64,000 bases of DNA from Trichosphaerium sp. ATCC 40318. Lineage: Eukaryota; Protista; Tubulinea. Shown here one piece after another: positions 11,814-24,466 of this stretch (positions are counted from its first letter, which is position 1; each line of letters opens with the position of its first letter). The notes beneath the pieces were generated by a model. The model did no database searches and was not told the origin of the DNA. It worked only from the letters and a program-made list of their open reading frames with translations. The stretch lies in NCBI GenBank assembly GCA_038496445.1, contig JALMLS010000288.1, forward strand, positions 1 through 64,000, read 5' to 3'. Made by a program: the position numbers and the translations under genes.

Positions 11814-12844
11814 CAGTGGTGGAATCGGACAGAACGCGGATCGCACGTTTTGGGCACGTTTTGGGCACATTTATTTTCCACGCAAAAGACACGTTTTGGA
11901 CACGTTTTGGGCATGTTTATTATCTACGTTTTGGGCACGTTCTAGGCACGTTTATTTTCCACGTTTTGGGCACGTTTTGGGCACGCATATTTGCCACACA
12001 TATCACACGTTTTGGGCACACATAAAACACCACTTTATAGAGGAAAAGAAAATAACGATTTATTACGATACATAACACATAACAATTACAAAGAGGTTTG
12101 GTACAATTATTACAAACTTTACATAAAACTATCCCACATAAACGATATCCAGTTTATATCAACCAACTTCATGTTTTTGCCATTTTACCTGCTTTTTTCA
12201 CCAATCCTGCCTTATCGTAAATACTTAAGCAAGAACTTACCTAATTAGGCAAAAAATCTCAAATCCAATAACCATCTTTAAAAAGAGGTTTAGTGGAGTT
12301 ATTGAGCCATAATATCCTTAAACTACCCTAAATACCTATTTTCTATCGTTTTTGCCTTAAAAAGGGGCACCAAACCCCAAACCACCACGAAACCATGCAT
12401 CATACCTAATAGTGGGCCATGCTTCGTTTTTTAAAGGATTCGTACTAGTAGACCTGAGTTATTCACGAAAAATAGAAAAATCAAGAAATTGTTGGTTTTT
12501 GGGTATTTTTAGATTTTTTCGCCTACTTTTAGAGCCATGCCGATACAAACCTAACTACTGCTTACTTGGGTGAAAATACATGTTTTATTGTTGACAATTG
12601 GAGGCGATCAGCTTTGGGGTGAGATGGTTGAGTTTTGAGTTTGTCAATTTTTTTATTTTGAATTTTTCTCCAAATTTCTATTAAGAACAGGACATGGTTA
12701 AAACACGCAAATGGCACGTTTTGGGCATGTTTATTGCAAATATACAACACGCAAATGGCACGTTTTGGGCACGTTTTGGGCACGTTTATTTTCCACACAA
12801 ATGGCACGTTTTAGGCATGCGTATTTTGTCCGATTCCACCACTG
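11814..12844 (+). mobile_element. 1031-bp non-autonomous TIR DNA transposon
   Basis: 18-bp TIRs at both ends, flanks CTA and ATA, subterminal arrays of CACGTTTTGGG, and an AT-rich interior with no transposase ORF. Confidence 0.88.
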
Positions 12845-13569
12845 ATATTACATGTAATTTATCTTTGTCTTGTGAATCGGTGTATTTGGGTGCTGAGGTT
12901 CAAATGAGCTATGTTTCGTTAGAATTGTTGAAATACTAAGAGTGTTATGTGTTGTTTAATAAATGACCACCATTTTTGTGTTTTTTTTGCTGTTGATGTA
13001 TTGGAAATTGTACTTTTTCTAAATATCTACCTTAAAAGTATACAAACATGAACAATCAAACATCTTTTCATGAACAAAAAAGGTTTTGGCATTGCCTACA
13101 TGCCAAGGGTGGCATGTTTTGAAATGCTTGATTAATGTCAGAATGCTTCACAAAAGGTGGTTACTGGAATTTTGATACAACTTAAAGTCAAAACTCAATA
13201 AAATGCCAACAACACATTTTTTGTGCTTATCATTACTTTTGTGCAAATGCTACATCAGCAACAAAAACAACATAGCAAGAAAAATGCCATTATAACCATA
13301 TTATATTCTGTACTTAGCACACTGTCACTGGTCTTCAAAGAGGTTTACATTGTTTGGCTCATAAAATACAAATTGGCCACTTGCTTTACCTAAAACCTGT
13401 TTAACACCAAAATTCTGGGTTAAAAACTCAATAAAGATTGGTTTTGGAGAAGATCTGTTTGTGATGACTGCGGAAACCTATATCAACACATAAAACACCA
13501 TTTGGAAGCTTCATGCTGGCTAACTATCAAACATACAAGGAAAAACAAAAACTCACACAGGCACATTTG

Positions 13570-14700
13570 GCAATGGGGTTACATTTTTTAAATGTTACTC
13601 TTTTTTGGGTGTTCTGGACAAGAAGTATAATTTACACAAATCTAACATTTCTCACAAGTTATATCATGTGCTTTCTATAATATGTGCTAAATGAATATTA
13701 TTCAATGGCCTTGCCCAAATGCCCACCCTGTTGGCTTTGAGCATGCACAAGTGTTGATGGATGGCACAGTCCACTTTAGATACAGCAAAAATATAATCAC
13801 AACTCTTACTTATTTTAGATGCCATGTACAAATCTATAACAAAAAGATAAACATTAGCCATAACCGGAGAGGTTAAGAGGTATTTTAATGTTTTTTGCAA
13901 GTTTAGACCATTCATTTAGATCTGATGAGATGTGTTTGACAAGCATACCAATGGCCTAGCATATTCCCACTCAAAAAAGAGCAGTGGTGCTGAAGTGGAT
14001 ACTGGTTATCTGTATGTCTAACAGAAAGCAATTTAAGCAGAAATCTCCATAAAATATCACATGGTTTGTTAATTCCCCTCAGGGAACTGACTGACTTTAG
14101 CATTTTATGCACCTTCCAGCCTTTGTCTATCATAATTTGTAGTGTAGGAGGCCATTTGATGTTTGCAGGTTTAGGGGTGTTGTGCTTGACTATGTCAGAC
14201 ACTTTAACATACCTTAAACATTAGCCATAACCGGAGAGGTTAAGAGGTATTTTAATGTTCTTTGCAAGTTTAGACCATAAATTGTAACACTTGCTACCTA
14301 TACTTGAGAGATTTGACTCCCACAAGTTTGAATACAATGTAGTAACATTAGTGTGTCTAAACCATAAAAAAGCTTTGAAATTGGCTATAGTGGATATCTG
14401 GAACAGACAATCCACGTATTTTTAGTGGTTTGGCAAAATAAAGCATTTGAGACTGTGCATAGGTTCCGAGTATAGCATGTTTGGACTGTAGAGTTTTGGC
14501 ATAGAGTTTCCATGAGTTGAGAGATTTTACTATTTTATCAAGTCAAAGGTTAAAGTGTTATTGGAAGATAAAGTAAAGCCTAAGTATTTAGTGTTTGGAG
14601 AAGATGAAAGTGTCTGTGGTGTAGCACTCATGCTAAAGCACATTTACCTGTGGACATATTAAATGTGATGACAAAAAATCTTTCACATAACTGATACAAG
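13570..14700 (-). mobile_element. Decayed LINE copy B
   Basis: ORFs 13912-14202 (WPPTLQIMIDKGWKVHKMLKSVSSLRGINKPCDILWRFLLKLL) and 14221-14415 are paralogous to copy A. Boundaries are approximate. Confidence 0.7.
13848..14278. repeat. 64-bp direct repeat (13848-13911 and 14215-14278, one mismatch)
   Basis: TAAACATTAGCCATAACCGGAGAGGTTAAGAGGTATTTTAATGTT(T/C)TTTGCAAGTTTAGACCAT is present twice. Confidence 0.9.
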
Positions 14701-14810
14701 TGCATAAACTCTTTTTTTTTTGTTGAAAATAATATTATAAAAACATGTTATATAATACTTAAGTTTGTCTTTAAAAGAAACAAGTTTATTAATAATACAA
14801 AAAACACTAA

Positions 14811-17189
14811 TTATGGTTTTTGTGGAGGAGTTGGTAGAGGTTTTGCTGCACCTGGTACAGGTAAAGGTTTTGGAGAAGGTGTAGGAGCAGGAGTAGGTGA
14901 GGGCTGAGTAGTTTGTGGTTGTATTGAGCCACTAGCTCCTGAACTTGAACCATTTCCTCCAAGGTTGCTACAAGTGTTAACAAATAAAAAACAAACTACA
15001 CATACGAAAGAAATTCTGGTACACCATTTTTGCGATAGTAAAGATAGCCTAAAATGACAAGCACAACAACAACAATCACTACCAATAAAAAGAATACAAT
15101 ACCAATTGCAACACCAGCACTACTTCCTCCTTCATCGTCATTAGCATTGGCACGTGCCTCACCTATTCAAAATTAGCAATGTGTGTATAATGTTTGGAAG
15201 GTGTACCAGCGGGTAGTCCATCAGCATTGCTTGCTTGGTAGAATAGTCGTACTCCTTTGAGGTTGTCTGCTGGAGAAAAGACTTCTTTTTTAGTGCTGTT
15301 TGGCCATGCAAAAGCCTTTTTGTAATATTAGCAATTTGAAGTTAATTCACGTTAGTTTAGTACCCAACCAACATCTCCATTGGGATACTCTGTGAAGTCC
15401 ATGCGCTCTGCAAAAATAGCTGTTTCGGTTACTTCTGTTTTGCTGCGTATGAATTGCCCTGCAGCAGTAATCTCAGCAAGGTAATACTTGCGCGTTGAGG
15501 TCCATGATGCAGACTCGCTCTCCCACCATGCCACTATGTGTTGTCAATGGCAAGACACGTTGTATTCGGTGGTAAACGTTCACAAGGGTGCGTACATAGG
15601 TAATTAGGTCCAAACTTTTTTAAGTGAATGCCGCGCTCATAAACGCCGTTTGTATTTGTAATGAAGTTGAGATTACCCACCATATCGCCTATACGCGTAA
15701 GGCGCATGAATTCCACAATCAAAGTGCCAAGTGTGTACCTGCTTCATCAATATTTACCAATGCGATGTCTATGCCGTTATCGTTGTACGTGTTTCCAGTT
15801 CGAGGCAGACCAATGGCCATTATCCAGCCATCATCAGTGCTACACAAGAATTACAGCTAGCTTGTTTAAAAAAAAATTGTTTATCCGTACTGCTTGCGTG
15901 TCAGCCCTCCCAGCGTACCATCTGAGTACCCTCCTTGCCCACTAATCGATGCATACGCTTTCCTGAACAAACAATGTAAGCAAAGGATGACAACAGCCTT
16001 ACGCACGCTTTGTTGTTGCCCCACACAATGCCTTGAATTGGAAAAGCGTCTGATAGACATATTGGAACCATGGTGTCGTTGGTCTGCGCCACTCTCAAGT
16101 CCAAGCTGTGACTATTTGCATAGGACAATTAACAAATGCAGAGTGCGGACTTGTACGTACCTACAACCCCAGCAAGTACCGTAAACAGGGCTGGAGCTAC
16201 GACCCACAGCCTTTGTCGGGTCAAAACTGCCTGGACCTGAGAATGGAAAATACTTGTAACTATCGCCCTCGTGCCCAGGCTCCAACTTGTTACACATTGA
16301 AGTGATGCTGTGCACTTTATAAGCTGCTAGATATACGAGGTCTCCGTTGTGATAGCCAAAGTTTAGGCGCCCTTCACCGAGTGTAAAGTCATATATGCGA
16401 TCATCTATTTTTGCATCCATAATGACACGCCCAGCGTTATCAAACCGCACAAAATGAAGTGTTTCGCATGGTGGGCATGGTCCAGGAGGTCCACAATCAG
16501 CGCACGGCGTTCCTTTCCTAATCAAAAGAGCAGTTTGTTCTAGTACGTTGTCAGTAAATGGAGGCATGAACAGAAAGGATCGTTCATTAAGCGTACCGTC
16601 CTCCATATCATGTTCGGCATTTTCTGAAGTTTCGTGAGCCCACAATCCGCGGACTTCCCTTCCAGAAGTTTTCCAATGGTTCTAAAGACGTGTTGGCATA
16701 GAGAGTTATGGGATGGGAAAACAAATGAACGAACCAAGACTTTGTATGTGGCGCTGACTCTCAATAAGTGAACTACGCCTGCGGTATCAGCAAACGCAAT
16801 CTTCGCTGTCTGGTCCTTCAACACGTGCGCATAAATTGGAGTTGGAGATCGATTATTGCCGATGAAATGTCTGTAGCGGAACACTGTCAAGCCTTTTGCG
16901 ACTGAAGCCCCAACTAGGAAATTGTAAAACAGTTAAATCAACTTGAAAACCGTTTTATTGAGTAAAAAACAAATGTCTAGCTTCGCAACGAGAAGATAAA
17001 GCGCGCTTAAGCATCCAAGCAAGTTCTGCAGCGAGCAGACTATTTTATTCTGAATAACGCGAAAACAAATTGTGTTTTGGTACCTGGTATGTCGTAGACT
17101 GTTATCAGATCGCTCAGGCTTTGCGCTTTTGTTAATGCGAACAAGCAATAGAAACATGCGAGTATGAGTGCCTTTGTTAACAATACCAT
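14811..17189 (-). CDS. Type I membrane protein: signal peptide, Cys-rich ectodomain, one TM helix, Pro-rich tail; function unknown
   Basis: MVLLTKALILACFYCLFALTKA signal, Cys-rich exons (ORFs 16112-16645 and 15534-15722), TM AGVAIGIVFFLLVVIVVVVLVILGYLYYRKK, tail PSPTPAPTPSPKPLP. Confidence 0.7.
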
Positions 17190-17387
17190 GCCAACAACAA
17201 GTTGTGTTACTGTATTATTAGACTTTCCAAAATGGGTTTGTGCTACTTTATTTTGACCAAACGCCTTTCGGGCGCTGAAAAATAAAAAAAGTGCCTAACT
17301 GGGAGACTATTCATTTTATTGCGTACCCGTGGTACTAGTACAATTTCGTGGCGATAGAAACCAATGTTGTGACATTTATGTGTCACC

Positions 17388-18389
17388 TTATTGAAGGATA
17401 AGGTTTTTAGGAGGATTAGCAATGTCGCCTCCCCAGCTTGCAGAAACGTTATTTACAGGCCAGGCTTGGAAGCGTCCAGATTTGATATAAGCAGCAATCT
17501 TTGGTAAAGCTTGGAATCGCTTAATGTAAGCAATCAACACGTCTAAATAGTCATCAGAATGGACGCAGCCTAGCATTTATATTCGCCTACCTTGTTTCTC
17601 AAAGAGTTCAGGTGCAAACAAACGGTATTGATCCAAAATTTCGGCCATATGAAAATCAGGCCATGTCAAGTTATCTCCGTTCAAAAATTTATTGTCTTTG
17701 AGAAGAGTTGCTATCTGATCAAGCTTTGCTAACAATCACTATCAAAAAAAGCCGTATTTTAATAAACGCACGCGCTAATCTCTGGGTTTTAAATTCGGCA
17801 ACAGATTCAGGAGTATTCGAACGGTAGTAGTGTCTGACAGCCATATTTCTGACGTCCATTACCTTTGTTTGCAAGTTAGTTCTCTAACAAGACGAACACG
17901 TGTTCATATGACGTACAAAATCACCCCACATGTCAATGGTTGCTGCTTCGGCAGGGTTCGATCCTGCAAGGCCAGCGCACTTGCCCAAATACCTCAGTAT
18001 AGCATTGGATTGCGTAATCTTTGGTCCATTCTCTACTTATCGTTAACCTACAATTACGCGTTGTTTCTTACCACAAATGAGATACGGTAGGTTTGGTAGT
18101 ACTAAACCCATTGTTGGTTTGACATCTGTCCACTCTTTTCGTGACAGTTCAGGCCTTGGACCTTGTTGATAACGTTTGTCCTACAACGTGGTGAGCATGT
18201 GGGAACGTCACGCATGAAAAATAAGAACGTACAGTGTATGTCCACTCCAAATACTCCAGCATGTAAACACATGGCTGTCTAAGACCCCTTATCGCCCAAT
18301 AGCCCAACTCTACCTTGCCTGCTAAGTAACAAAGTAAGTTCAGCCAACCACGCTATTGTTTTGTTGTTACCTTGTGCCATTGTTGTCAT
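17388..18389 (-). CDS. Glutathione S-transferase, mu-class-like
   Basis: LGYWAIRGL, LPNLPYLI, KITQSNAILRYLG, and C-terminal YIKRFQALPKIAAYIKS. Confidence 0.92.
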
Positions 18390-18610
18390 TCTGTACTGTA
18401 GTGATACTAGCGCAAATGAATTCGTAAGTTTTTGACACACAAACTCATTGAGCCACAAAACCTGGTAAACTTCATCATCGCTGTAGGATACTGCGCTTGC
18501 GCGCTGGGGTGCTTGTTTAGTGAACAATACGCGATAATACGCTAAAAAGGAAAATTCAGTTGAAACTATTTTGGCAAGTCAACAACGCTCAAAATATCTA
18601 GAGGCTACAT

Positions 18611-19807
18611 ATGACTTCAAAGGCTTTGAGAATACTGCAGTGGAACTGTTATTTGATACCACGCTTGCTTGTAAACAAAAACAACGCCACGTGCACAAAC
18701 CAACGAGAAAGAGCAACATCTATCGGTAAGCTGTTACCAACGTTCGATATAGTGGCTTTGCAAGAAATATGGGGTTCTAACATTGACACGTTGCAAGCAG
18801 CGGTTGAAACTACGCATCAAGTACTAATTGGAGGCGCTTTTACGTTAGTTAAAGAATTTATGTACAGATACCTCCAGGTTATACTTCTTGGACGTGGATG
18901 CCCTTCTTAGATCAGGCACGCTTCTATTTGAACGCGAATGGCGGGTTATGGTCTGCTTGGCGCAAGGTTAGTAGTACTTGTATTTATTCAATATCCCTTT
19001 AAACATTACATAATGACTCAGCACTGAAATTGCGAGTAGAAGTTTACACTTGACGGATTCAACAAACACACCTTTACAATTTCAGAATCCAAGTCGCGTA
19101 AAGGCGTTCATGCGGTATTCCTATCAATACCATCACTGTGGCCAGGTATGTAGATACACATCTCGTTTACCTACACCGATGCACAACAGTTGATTTGTTT
19201 GTTTTCCCCTTTATTTTTTGCACGTGTCTTCAAAGGTGCCTAACTGACTGTGCAGGAAAAACATTACTGCTCATCAACACGCACCTGGACGCTATGAACA
19301 AACGATTTCAAAAAAAGCAGGTGCAGGAGATTTACACATTCGCGCGTACATGCGTCTTGAACTGGTTGGCGCACCCAGGCAATAGCTCAGCATCACTTGC
19401 AGTCCTTCTCATGGGTGACTTTAACATCCCATACAACTCCTCCAACTACAAATTCCTTATGAATCAGTTTTGCATGCGTGGTACGATCTGTTCTGTCAAT
19501 CACCAAATTCGGTGTTTGCTATTTCCTTACATAAGCATCGCACTCACAAAAAATCTGAATTGCAGACTTATACAAAGAATACTGCGGCTCGTTTAGCAGC
19601 CCAGAACCCACCTACGACTCCAAGACCAACTCGCTCGTTGTGTGGCAAGAGTCGGAAAGATTAGACTACGTTTTTGCCATTGACAAACTGGAGGGTGTAG
19701 AGTTAGCACGTGTGTCAGTAGAACAAGTTGATATTTTAAAGCAAAAAAATGGCCAGGAGCTGTCGGATCACTGGGGACAATCCATCACCTTGACTCTTAA
19801 AGAATAG
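18611..19807 (+). CDS. Endonuclease/exonuclease/phosphatase family protein (neutral sphingomyelinase-like)
   Basis: LRILQWNC, FDIVALQEIW, LINTHLDA, LMGDFNI, RLDYVF and LSDHWG motifs. Confidence 0.88.
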
Positions 19808-19992
19808 CAATACCTGAGGAATACTTGAGGAGTAGATGAGGAATTATGTACCCCTCAGGTGTAGCGCCGCGAGTATTCGCATTTTGAGTGCGTATTGGAT
19901 TGTTAGGTTTTTTTTTTTAAATTTATTTATTATTTAGGTATCCTCGTTTAGTTAATGTACATTAAAATCCAGTTTCAAACTGCATCCTTGAC

Positions 19993-21414
19993 TTATACCT
20001 CGACGTAGTTGTACTTTGGATTGTTCAAGTTGATAAATGCATATTCGTTTGCGCCACCACATGTCCTGTAATTGGACTCCTTTGCGAACATGACCCAACC
20101 GTAATGCTCCATTCTCTCAAAGAAATCAATATAGGTCTCCAGCGCTTTAGGCCACATCTCCTGTGTTTGCGTGTGGACCTCAATCACTATCTGCCACACT
20201 GGTAATCCATCCTTGAGCATCTCCTCGAACGCTTCGTACTCTGCGAGGTCGATATCAATTTTGAGAATGTCAATAAAATTGTGTCCCAACTTGTCCATCC
20301 AGGTGGAGAGCTATTGATACATTTTGTGGTTAACGCTGGTCTTTAAAAAATATGTCTGTTTTAAACAACACGATTCATACCTTGCGTACTGGGATCACAA
20401 CACCTGGTCTACGCGAATAACGGGATGTAATAGTACCATCAAGGTGTCCCAGACCGTAATCAAAGTGAAAGTTAATGTATGGGATTTTACCTGCATCTGA
20501 TTTCTGGTCTAAATGCGCCAATGCGTCAGTACACAGCCTCACCACTTCAAACAGAATGTGTGGACGATGTGACAATCATCTCGAGTGTACGTACCTACAG
20601 TAGGATCGAACGTATGAATCTCGCAATGGTCGTGGAGGGAATGAATGTCCTCTTCGAACGACGTGTCTTCATTCGACCCAAAAGAGTAAACAACGCAGGA
20701 TGGTGATGAAGCTAGTCTGAATCCGTCGCATACATATTTTCCTTGTTAAACACATCAATATAAAACAATCTAGGGGTTTGCGAGACTACAACGACAAACA
20801 CATGGACGGCATTAATTACATAATGCCTACATATCCATGGAGCTCTTTTTTTGCGTATTTTAAACGTACCGCCGTCTCCTGCAGCGCCTATGCGTTCTAT
20901 TGTTGTACAATGACTTATTGCGATTGGTTCAAAGAGAAAAGGGATCATGTATTGCCTGAACCACTCGCTGTTTTGGTTTCTTTCGATTTCATTTTTGACA
21001 TCATCAACCAACACATGCTGTTTGGCTAACCCGCGCTTGTAGATATCTTGGGCCTCCTTGGATATGGTAATGTCTTGTGTTGCTACAAAATGAGCGTAAA
21101 TAATTCAACGTGGCACTTTCTTTGGAAGCTTTAGCAATTGGAGTGCGCGCAGGCTCGAGGCAGCAACAGCAGCACGTTTAGTTATATAACAGTTTTCTAA
21201 TGAATGTTTTTCTGTTGTTTGAGAAAAGTGTTAAGAAATGCGTACCCAGAAGTACGCCACCGGTGGAGGGTCTCGCTACTACGTAGAGTAGACAAAGCAC
21301 TACAATACTGCCAACAGTCACTGCCACTTTATTTTGCGAATAACGGCGTACAATGGTACCTATACGGTGTCATTTGGGAGAAAAAGCCTATTGCGTACGC
21401 ATTTGTTTGTCCAT
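19993..21414 (-). CDS. METTL24-like (Methyltransf_22/FkbM-type) membrane-anchored methyltransferase
   Basis: N-terminal signal anchor, ERIGAAGDGG, LGHNFIDILKIDIDLAEY, QIVIEVH, FAKESN..C...EYAFIN. Confidence 0.85.
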
Positions 21415-21628
21415 TTGTTATTATCACTCTCTTACGCGTAGACGAGTGTTATTATGTGGTTTGAAGAGTTGTGAGATAATTTTAAGGAAATAAAACCTGT
21501 TTGTCCAAATTCAACCGGAATAAAATTCAACAGACAATTCTTTAAAAATCAGCACAATCAACTCAGCTTTACTGAAACATACTTTTAAAGACAAAGCAAA
21601 AGTTGGTTACAATTAAACGATTTATTAC

Positions 21629-22243
21629 ATGGCTGAAGAAAAACTGTTCAAAGGTGGGTGTCATTGTGGGGCGGTTAGATATGAACTCTTGTGGGACGGC
21701 AAGTCTGAACTACAAGACTGTAATTGTAGCATGTAACCAAAATCATTTCACTGCCCTCTACCGCTAATACCGTACAGCTGCAGTAAAAAGGGATTTATCC
21801 ACATCATCAGGCCTAATTTAGCGTTCAAGCTGCTGTCAGGAAAGGATAATTTGACTTTGTACCAGTTCAACTCCAAAGTTGCCAAACATTACTTTTGTAA
21901 GGTACAACGCGTACTGTTTAAATTCATAAAAGCTAAACGGCAAAATACCAGACTTGTGGAATTTGCACGCACTACATTCCAAGGTGAGCCCATAAGTCTT
22001 TGAATCATCGCTTTTTCGCTTCTAACTGCGCCTAAAAGGTCAAACCCGGACGGCGTAGACATTAATGCAAGGTGCGTTAAAGATAGTAGGGCGACTTACT
22101 GAACAACCGCTTTTAGAACTTTTGACGATTATGAAACGATCAAAGCGTCGTTGAACGTACAACCATTCGATGGCAGAAACTGGGAGGCTAATGCAGCAGC
22201 ATTATCTCACCTGTCCAAGGATCCAGACACTTCCGACCAATAG
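21629..22243 (+). CDS. GFA/CENP-V family zinc-binding protein
   Basis: FKGGCHCGAVRY, DCNCS.CSKKG, HYFCKTCGI, PRSNPDG, FDGRNWE. Confidence 0.92.
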
Positions 22244-22522
22244 GTTGCTGTCAGTTTGGCTAAGTTTGGGCGCATGTACATGGTAAATTTTGTGACAAGG
22301 TCCGAAATTCAAAAAAACCGAATAAAATGGAGAAAAACGTATCAAAAATGGGCAATAACTTGGTCGCTTTAAAGTCAAATCCATTTTTGTACAATCGAAT
22401 TGTTCCTATTTTAACACAGCAAACCGCGATACTTTGTTGAGGCTGTAGTGTATTTTGGCAATTTGGTGAACAACGTTTACAATCTAGAGGCGGAAAACAG
22501 CACAAATAGCAGATATCTAACT

Positions 22523-24398
22523 ATGGAAGCGGAATTGGAGCATTATGAATCGGTTTTCGGCCAATTAGATGAACTAATGGCCATGGCAGGCGCTGAGACA
22601 GATGTGCCAGTGGAAGACCACCGCCTTATTGCACGGTACACATCAAAACTCTCTTTTTTGCTTGTTTTTGTACAGTTGGTGTTTGTAAACCTCAACGCGC
22701 GTAGAACTGACAGCGCAGTTGCACAACTCGACGAATTACTAGCGCTCGCCGATGAGCAATCAGTTAATAATGCTTCCAAACCAAGCGATCATTATAACCC
22801 GCCTGATACACCGGGTACGCGTTCGACGCTATACATTGATTGTAAAAACAATTGTTCTTTTTTGGAGTGAGGTGACACCTCGACGGTAGAGTAATTGGAT
22901 TGTTTTAGAGATGCATCAAAATGGAGCAACGGCAGAAGTGCCACCTATAACGCGAATGAACAAAGTCCAAAGCTACCGTGGTCCAAGCAGTGCACGTGGA
23001 CCTGATACACCGTCGGCTGAGATGGTAAACTTTGAGCGTCGCTTACAAAACGTGGAAGCTGGTCTAATTGGCATGGAAGCTACGGCTGTGTCACCCAATG
23101 AAGTCACACGAATAATACAGCGTGTAAAAGGCCTCGAAAAACGTGTGGGAGAGGTGGAATCGGACACATCCAGGTCCATAGACTTTGCCAGTAGTGAACG
23201 AAGGCTACAAGAATTAGAAGAGAGGCTAGTTGAGGCACTGGCGCAACGTACGACGCCCAACGATGATTTGGTGAACTTTGAACGCCGGTTACAAGAGATG
23301 GAAGTAAATCTACAACAGCGTGAAGAACAAATGGTGGACAAAGAACGAGCGATGGAGGAACGGTTTAGGCGCATGATGAAAAGGCTGGACATGGAAGAGC
23401 TCAATGAGAAACTAAAAAAACTTGACAATCTGGAGGCACTCATAGCACAAGCATCAGCTGCAAGAGCAGGTCCAGCTGTTAGGTACGAACAGCTTTGGCT
23501 TTTTTTTTGTAGATGAGAAAGATTATATTTTGTTACTACTGCTGCTTGACGCACTTACAATTTACAACAGAGGTTTGAAAGAGATTAAAAAAGACCTGAA
23601 CGACTTGCAAGGTATACTCAATGACCCAGGAGCGTCAGAGAAGAAAAAGAGTCAAGCGAATATAAAGGTATGAATGAATCAATGAAACAACGCTTGAATT
23701 TGTTTCTCTGCCTTCTAACGCATTGTCAGCTGGAAGGCGTAATGAAGGAGCTGGAAACGTCACCTGAATTTATGAAAGAACAGCGCAAGATTAAACAAGA
23801 TTGGTTGGACAAACAGCAGCCATTAAATGCGTGCGTATTCACTCAACCCTATAGGGGCTCAACAGCTGACCAGTTGGTTAGAAAGGCATTTGTTGATGTG
23901 GTCACCAAGTTGCACTCCAATGCGCGTGCTAATCCAATTGCTTTCAAGGCAAGAATGTCCAGGCAGCCAGAGATGCTGTTGGTTTTGTTGAAAAAAGACG
24001 CCATCATAAGGCGCCACGAGTCAAACTTTAAAGCGTATGTCCTCTGTATTGTGTCACCACGTTGACGCTTGCTTTTAGGTACTCGCTCGTAAATCTGACG
24101 GAGAACGAGCTTCGTGCGATACGCCACAACATGCCCAAATTTAGGGTCGACCAAAAGATCCAAGTGGCATTTGTACAGTCGCTGGACAACAAAATTAAGA
24201 ACATAGAAAAGGGTGAGAACCCAATCAAGGTGCACAAACCTCCAAAAAGGAAATGGAGTCGTCCAAAGGTACACTTTTTAAGCACACAAAACATTATGAC
24301 AACTTGAATGCTTATCATTACTTCACTAGTCCACAATAATCAAGGGAGGTGGCGGATTTTTGGCAGAGCTCAGATCAAAGGCCACCAAAATAAATTGA
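22523..24398 (+). CDS. Coiled-coil protein of unknown function
   Basis: Spliceable ORFs with three (VNF)ERRLQ repeats. Ends GGGGFLAELRSKATKIN*. Confidence 0.7.
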
Positions 24399-24466
24399 GC
24401 AATCCTGTATGTTGCTGTGGACAACCAACAGTAAAAAAAAATTGTATTTTATCAAATAGTTTTAAT

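Noticed and set aside
9964-12844. CACGTTTTGGG arrays as a CRISPR array or a true telomere
   Set aside because: No unique regular spacers and no cas genes. The arrays are bounded by TIRs inside a eukaryotic gene region.
9758-12939. ORFs with RFGHVLGTF / NVPKTCPKR repeats
   Set aside because: Artefactual translations of the transposon's subterminal repeats, open in several frames on both strands.
13087-13118. Overlapping GGCAT/ATGCC hairpins as a Helitron 3' end
   Set aside because: No CTRR terminus at the expected spacing and no second copy.
22973-23554. Long antisense ORFs (also 43751-44113, 52266-52844 alternate frame, 45605-45916)
   Set aside because: Shadows of real coiled-coil or low-complexity coding exons.
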